From the NCBI GenBank assembly GCA_023334545.1, contig JAADVB010000014.1, forward strand, positions 74,679 to 138,678: a stretch of DNA of 64,000 nt. Direction: 5' to 3'. This document shows, one piece after another, positions 57,301-64,000 of this stretch. The position numbers were made by a program, and so were the translations under genes. The notes beneath the pieces are model-generated. The model ran no database searches, was not told the origin of the DNA, and saw only the letters and a list, made by a program, of their open reading frames with translations. Numbering within the stretch: position 1 is the stretch's first letter; each line of letters begins with the position of its first letter. The DNA is from Salisapilia sapeloensis CBS 127946 (lineage: Eukaryota > Protista > Oomycota).

Positions 57301-57643
57301 CACATGCGGCGCTTCTTCCTACAAAATGTGTGTGTTAGTGGTACGAACTTATGCGTTGTGAAGGGCATTTATAGAGCTGTACGTTTGAAACGCGGTCGAG
57401 CGGCGTCATACTCTCGGGCGTATCTCGACGCATTGATGTGATAGGTGCTGTTTTCGTCCGCTGGAAGAGTGGATGTGGTGCCGGGGCATCGTCAAGAGGG
57501 TCTGTGTGCTCTCCTCGACTCGCGACGCGGCTGCGTTTGGGAGGGAAGGATCCGTGGGACGCCAGTAATGGATGGGCGCTTTCCGGGGAGGACCCGACGG
57601 GCGATTGGGAAGAGCGCCGAGCAAGTTCCTTGTCGGTCTTCAT
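54364..57643 (-). CDS. Multi-domain lipid-transfer protein: beta-trefoil-like N-domain, two TM helices, CRAL-TRIO (Sec14) domain, C-terminal PH domain (2 exons)
   Basis: CRAL-TRIO: TLAWRKE, HKTDKLGHPVYY, VVVLDARG, HYPQRSFKIFIVNVPSWF, IPEEYGG. PH: MAGYLLKR..WYRRFFIL..DDWINAL. The large ORF begins after a TTTTGTAG acceptor, so exon 1 starts at ATG 57643. Confidence 0.88.
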
Positions 57644-58540
57644 GCCAGTGGTGGGATGTAATCTGCCGCTGTCAAACTTCGTAGGGCAAAGAAAACGAAG
57701 ACGCAACACTGATTCCGTCTGGCGCTTGTCTCGAGAGCAGTCGAAGAAAGTATACGGCTCGACGAGTTTTTCTATGTGCTGACAGGCTGCCGTTCGATAT
57801 TTACGGTTCAGACGAGCTTGGTGGACAGTGTATTTTTACGAATGTCTATACCGGGTTTACTACCACGTCTTTGCAGGACCCCGACCGGCCTTGTAGATGT
57901 ATTGTGGCAGCTCTGGATGTTTCATGTCGAGTTGCATGGCGTCTGTCTGTAGCACGCGCTGAACAAACTCGCGGCACTGTGTCGTGTCGCGGCGGTTCGA
58001 AATGGACTTCGCAAAGAGTAAGGTAAAGAAAAGAGGAAGTAGATACGCTGCCGATGTGTCACAGCTCCAACTTTTGGCGTTGGCGAGTTCCAGTAAGAAG
58101 GCGACAATAACGTTTTATTTAAAATGCTGGACAAGCTCATTGTCGCAACAAAGAGCGCCAAAGGATATGATAAAGGAGTTCTTTAGCTTGATTCTCTCCT
58201 ATATGCATAAGATCTCTACTTTTGGCTCTGAATGAACGATTCTTATCTCGCCTTCCTTATGAGATGAAGCATGCGCTGTGGAGGCGTCGAACCACCCAGT
58301 GCAGTTTTCCAAATCTTCACCAGACCCAAGTTTCCATGGCAGTGGCTAATTGTTCTACCGTCGGACTATTGCATGCGACAGTAGTATCGACTTGGATACC
58401 TTTAGGCCTGTAGTCGATGCTTTCTGACGTGAAGAAATTTATCGGGTCGATTCAAAATTGCGCTGAAATCTATCCATGCCGTTGGATCAGTTCAAACATA
58501 GAAATAAATCGATTCGCCATTCACTCGAATACGAGACGAA

Positions 58541-58960
58541 ATGGATCTGGCTGGACCGAGTGCGAAGGGCATGATCGTGTCGACGCCATACGGCTATGGC
58601 GTGGTCAAGGAGCGCTGCGATGAAGCTGATACGACATTCCACAAGGTCTTGTATCCGTGGGGATACGCTCACGTGTACTGTAAGTGCATCGAGTTTGCGC
58701 CAACCTTCACAATCCTTGTGACTGCACCACATACGGACCACCGATTGTCGTTCGAGATGGCATTTCAGCTCGGGTCACCTGCTTCAGCGTTCCTCCAAGC
58801 GGTCAAGAAGCACCTGGGATATGATGACAACGTCCATATCATGGTCACACAAAGCAACACGATCGTCGAAAAGCGAACGGACGAAAGTGACGACAAAACT
58901 GTTGGAGAAAGCACCATGGCCGCAGGTCCACGCTATCCTCTTCTAGTCCATACCTACTAA
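58541..58960 (+). CDS. Hypothetical 139-aa protein: small beta-barrel-like TPYG motif + ubiquitin-like region
   Basis: Intronless ORF with an INR-like CCATTCA about 20 nt upstream; VSTPYGYGVVKE..HKVLYPWGYAHV. Domain calls are inference. Confidence 0.6.
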   Translation: MDLAGPSAKGMIVSTPYGYGVVKERCDEADTTFHKVLYPWGYAHVYCKCIEFAPTFTILVTAPHTDHRLSFEMAFQLGSPASAFLQAVKKHLGYDDNVHIMVTQSNTIVEKRTDESDDKTVGESTMAAGPRYPLLVHTY

Positions 58961-59122
58961 TTCATTAAATCAAGCAATTTCCATTAAGAAATCGATTCGA
59001 ATACGCTTGCTACATGCTTTCATAAAGCAACTAACCTTAATGGAAACCGTCTACGATAGACTTGACTGATACTTTGCTGACAGAGAAGGCAACTTGTTGA
59101 TTTCATTGGACCAGCTACAAGA

Positions 59123-60055
59123 CTAAGTTTTCGATGCGAACAGAATGTGAGCGTACAAGCTAATGCTCATAGGACCACTCGCGTAATTATCGTCAAGACG
59201 ATACATTCCATCGCGAGCACTCTTCTCAAACAGCTTGGAGACTTCTTCTCGAGCACGCTTCATGCCAAGCACCTCGACTGCTTTCTTTGCGATTGGGCTG
59301 TCCAATACGCCTTCTATCATCTCTTCGCGATCAGCGATATACAGTGAATGGCTGGAATGATGCGCGACAAGATTCTGGAAACCCAGTTGCTGCATCTTTT
59401 CGAGAGAGAGCTTCCAATCAAGCCTAGCTTTCGGTTGTTGTTGTTCATATGGCACGTTCTCGTTAACGACTGCGTTCATGCCATTAACCCAGTTGAAGTT
59501 GGAGCTCGCATTATCCCAAATTGTACTGAACATCATTCCTCCTGTCTTGAGCACTCGGTATGCATTCTTCCACGTTTCGTCCGCGTTTGGGAAGAACGCC
59601 ATGGCAAAGTTGGAACCGATAACATCGACAGACTCATTTTCGATCTTATCCAGCTTTTGACCGTCCATGGAAATGTACTCTACCGACAAAGCAAGGTTCT
59701 TATAGGGCCCATTCTCCAAATTGTGCTTCATGATAGACAACATCGCACTTGATGAATCCGTGGCGATGATCTTGAGAGGTGGGGGACTGTCAGCAAAGTG
59801 TGTCGCTATCAGCTCAAAAGTGAGTGTTCCAGTCCCTGCACCCACATCAAGGAATGTGAATGGTTTGTTAGTACTGACACACTCGTTGAGCCGCTGTTTA
59901 ATAGCACCAGACGTGAGTTTCATGGACTCTTCCGCCCATCTTCTCGTGATCTGAGTCATGACACGGTCATACACCACTGCGTGATCGTCAAATGATTGCT
60001 TCTGGAAACTACTCTCAAATACACTTTTCGCTTTTGTAGAAACTTTTGCTGCCAT
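59123..60055 (-). CDS. Class I SAM-dependent small-molecule methyltransferase
   Basis: FLDVGAGTGTL (motif I), IIATDSSSAML, MDGQKL, SVDVIGSNFAMAFFPN, YRVLKTGG. Intronless. Confidence 0.9.
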   Translation of the reverse strand: MAAKVSTKAKSVFESSFQKQSFDDHAVVYDRVMTQITRRWAEESMKLTSGAIKQRLNECVSTNKPFTFLDVGAGTGTLTFELIATHFADSPPPLKIIATDSSSAMLSIMKHNLENGPYKNLALSVEYISMDGQKLDKIENESVDVIGSNFAMAFFPNADETWKNAYRVLKTGGMMFSTIWDNASSNFNWVNGMNAVVNENVPYEQQQPKARLDWKLSLEKMQQLGFQNLVAHHSSHSLYIADREEMIEGVLDSPIAKKAVEVLGMKRAREEVSKLFEKSARDGMYRLDDNYASGPMSISLYAHILFASKT

Positions 60056-60317
60056 GATGTGGTTCAATAGCTTGGAGAGTTGGATAGTAGTTGGAGGTAT
60101 ACGCTTGCCTTGATAAGTTTGAAAATGAAGACAAGCAGGACGCTCGCGACGTTGACATCAACATGCCATCAGCCTGACATTATCAAACAAGTCATGCCAG
60201 AAAGTGTAAACTCATTTGCCTCTTGTAAGGTTCGTGCTTTGGCAATTGAAACCGAAATGACTACTTCAATAAAACTTCAATAAAACAACGCCGATGTACT
60301 GTGGAACTATCAAAGCT

Positions 60318-62470
60318 TTATTCAAGTTGGACAAGTACGTGTCCGTCGCCTACAAAGTCACCGTCTTTGCATTCTACAGTACCGACGGTTCCATCCCTCG
60401 TGGCACGGACGACGTGCTCCATCTTCATCGCTTCAACGATCACGAGCGCATCATCCGCAGCCACTTCTTGGCCGTTCTCGACTAGAACCTTGATAATCTT
60501 GCCTGGCATGGGCGTCACGATCTTACTCAATCCACCTGCACTAGCAGAGCCGTCGGTACTCTCGAGAGACGGCAGTGGCACGTCAAATGCGTACTTGTAT
60601 CGTTGCGATCCGTCATCGCAGAAGATGTGAAGCTCCTGCTTGTGCACTACGGCTGTGCCTTTGTACGTTCGACTGCCTACGACAAGCCGGAAGTCTCCAT
60701 TGGCTTGGATTCCTCCTTGAATGTTAATACTGTCAGAGGCATCGTCTAAAGAGACCTTGAACGACCCTTTCGAAAGACATTCCACTTCTGCCATCACTTC
60801 CTCCTTTTCATGTCCAAGCGCCAACTTTCTTTTAAAGACATCCAGCGATCGGAAGTACGAGAGAGAAGAGTCCGTCCAAGGCGAGTTGCTAGATACAGAC
60901 TGACGCTGCTGTTCCAATAGAACCAATGCAACTGCGCCAAGAGCCTTTACATCGGCAGAGTAGGCTGGAAGTGGCTGGAGAACGTCGTCACCGTACTTGT
61001 TTAGGAAACTAGTGTCGACACCTCCTTTTTGAAACTCTTCGTGACCGGCCGTTCTAGCAACAAACTCAATGTTGGTAGGTAGACCGACGATCTGGTACTG
61101 ATGCAGCGCCTTCACAAGTCTGTCAAGCGCTACTTGGCGATTCTCTCCCTTGGCAATGACCTTGGCGATCATAGGGTCGTAAAATATGGACACCTCATCG
61201 CCCTGGACGATACCAGTGTCCACTCGGACATTGTCCGACAGTTCTGGTAGACGCAAGTGCTGCAGCTGTCCACTGCCTGGTAAAAAGTCACTATGCGCAC
61301 TAGCGTTAGTACTCTGAATAGTCATATATACACTTTAAAAAGGTACTTGTATGGGTTTTCAGCGTAGACACGAGCTTCAATGGCATGGCCGTGGAGTTTG
61401 ACGTCGTCTTGGGTGAATGGGAGGGGAGCTCCACTGGCAACGTGCAGCTGTAGCTCCACTAGGTCACGCTGCGTTACCATTTCCGTCACAGGATGCTCCA
61501 CCTGCAGTCGCGTGTTCATTTCCATAAAGTAAAAGGACTCGTCTTCGTCCAGCAAGAACTCCACTGTGCCAGCACCGACGTATCCGACTGCCTTGGCGGC
61601 TGCAACGGCTGCGTCTCCCATTTTCTTTCGCAGTTGCTCCGACATGTGAGGTGCTGGCGCTTCTTCCAATACCTTTTGATGACGTCTTTGGACGCTGCAG
61701 TCTCGTTCGAAGAGATGGACGGCATTGCCGTGCTTGTCTCCGAAAATTTGGAGCTCTACATGTCGTGGCTTGACAAGGTACTTTTCCAAAAGTACTCTTT
61801 TATCACTGAACGACGCCTGTGCTTCTCTCTGGCAAGCGTCTAGCATCTCTTGAAAGTCTTTTGGCTCGTGCACGATACGCATGCCTTTGCCTCCTCCTCC
61901 CAGCACAGCCTTGATCAGCAACGGATACCCGATCTTCTCAGCTTCCTTCTGTAAGGTGTCCAATGACTGGTCGTCGCCATGGTACCCTGGCGTGACAGGA
62001 ACACCAGCCTTGATCATAATATCTTTCGAGGCGGATTTAGACCCCATGGCCTGGATAGCATCGACAGGCGGGCCGATGAATTCAATACCAGCATCCGCAC
62101 AGGCTTTTGCAAAGTCTGCATTCTCAGACAAGAACCCATAGCCTGGATGCACAGCCTGAGCGCCCGAGAGTTTGCACACGTCTAGTATTTTCTTATAGTC
62201 GAGATAGCTCTCGGCAGCCGGTGCCGGGCCGAGACGATATGCCTCCGTCGCGAGCTGTACATGTTGTGCATTGGCGTCTGCATCACTGTACACGGCGACG
62301 GTTTCAATGTTGAGCTTTTGTGCGGACCGGAGGACGCGCACGGCGATCTCTCCTCGATTTGCGACGAGGATCTTTTGGAGCTTTTGGCCCGAGCTGGCGG
62401 TGTCTGTGGCGAACGAGCGTCTGTTTGCTCTTGCAATCGCCGTCTTAGACTTGGAGAAGAAGCGGAGCAT
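60318..62470 (-). CDS. MCCC1: 3-methylcrotonyl-CoA carboxylase alpha subunit (biotin carboxylase + biotin carrier), 2 exons
   Basis: [72 protein letters not shown] and EAMKM biotinylation site; mitochondrial presequence. PCCA is a less likely alternative. Confidence 0.92.
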
Positions 62471-63509
62471 GTCTTGGGGGCAGGAGCAGGAGGTAGAAGG
62501 CGCTGTAGAAGAGGACTTGTTCCGGAGTGGGCCGGAAGACCGTTGGTGGGCGACTTGAAGTTGCGGAGAGTGCTGTTCTCAGACGGTCATCATATCACTT
62601 GTCTTGGCGTTTGTATGGTCGATAGAGGGTGCATAATAAACAGAAACTCTTGTCTTGAAATGTCGGTAGTGTATGGCGTGTCGGTAAGTTGCAGGCGGGG
62701 TTGGAGCTATAAAGGAGCACAAGTAGAGGTACCTGGTAGAATAGAATGGACATCCACCGTGCTATTCATTGGGATACTAGTCTAGTGGTTTTATAGTGGT
62801 GGATGTGTGCATTTTTTAATAGTGAATGCAAAGTCTATGCTATGCTGTCGTGGCAACTCCGGTTGCGCTTCTTCTATAACTATGCTCGTGCAATGACATT
62901 TTTAGAAAGCGAAGAAGCTTACGATATACTTGCAACCGGCTAGCGCGAGATGAACGCACACGTAGCTGTTTGCAAAGGTATCTTTTGAAGGTGGTACCTT
63001 GGATCGAAGCTGTCGTGACGTCGGTATTGACTTCAAGACTTGGCGAGTTGTTCGATAAAGCGGCAGACCGGTCGAGCAGATTTGGATTCTGAAGCAGCCT
63101 AGACAGTCACCATCGCTGACACCAGAAAGACAATGTAGAAAGCTAATCTAAAGCTTTCCATTTTTCAATCCACCAGCGTATCCTCGTACACTTCCATCAT
63201 ATATCTACCAACTTCCATTTCCTTCCCATCGACAAGTCCCATCCAACTACCATTTTTCAACGAAACCTCGCGTGTGTTCCTTATACTCGCTCTGGTTCCG
63301 CTCAGCCCAGAGCCATCAGCATGAAATCCCGATTCGCTTGTCCATCAAAACACAGGCAAGGCGCTCTTGCATACTGAGTTCAAGTCTAAATTTTAATTGG
63401 CTTTCGAAAGGGCCAGCGCAAGTAGGCAGCAGAAAACGCAAAGCGGAAAGTGCCCGAGAGGAGAAAAAAGCTTCCTCGCCGCCGTCCGTCCTTCATCTAC
63501 ATACCAACC

Positions 63510-64000
<491 letters not shown>

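Noticed and set aside
58160-58168. Minus-strand ATATCCTTT matching the U12 (AT-AC) 5' splice consensus
   Set aside because: No gene model uses it, no good TCCTTAAC branch site follows, and a 9-mer match is expected by chance.
1449-62470. Many mitochondrial-targeted genes (MPP-like, ArgJ, Cpn10, ALKBH7, RRM orphan, MCCC1) as a possible cluster
   Set aside because: They are dispersed among unrelated genes, and the number is not clearly above expectation for about 35 housekeeping genes.
62600-63200. Short protein-like frames between MCCC1 and PP1 (e.g. MLSWQLRLRFFYNYARAMTFLESEE)
   Set aside because: All are under 40 codons with no consistent exon chain; compatible with divergent promoter/UTR sequence.

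Overview
Gene-dense eukaryotic DNA, not prokaryotic. Short GT-AG introns (mostly about 40-70 nt, often with CTAAC/CTAAT branch sites), oomycete-type INR motifs, a WLGC/LRR membrane protein and a non-canonical bZIP point to an oomycete or close stramenopile relative. Flagellar genes (CFAP69, LRRC56, SPATA4-like) imply a zoospore stage. I can support about 35 protein-coding genes under the standard genetic code. Coordinates of spliced genes are my manual start-to-stop spans, and identifications rest on remembered family motifs, not database searches. I found no rRNA, credible tRNA, CRISPR array, transposon or long repeat. No single operon-like novel system is demonstrable. The best leads are unusual protein architectures and gene pairs: an eIF5A-like OB fold without the hypusine domain; a lipid-anchored TKL pseudokinase head-to-head with a prenylated PRL phosphatase; an Iwr1-ankyrin fusion; a Ubl-CHORD-CHORD gene head-to-head with Cpn10; a PH/CCaMK-like kinase; two MIR-like beta-trefoil proteins; and elongation-factor-modifying enzymes lying close together.
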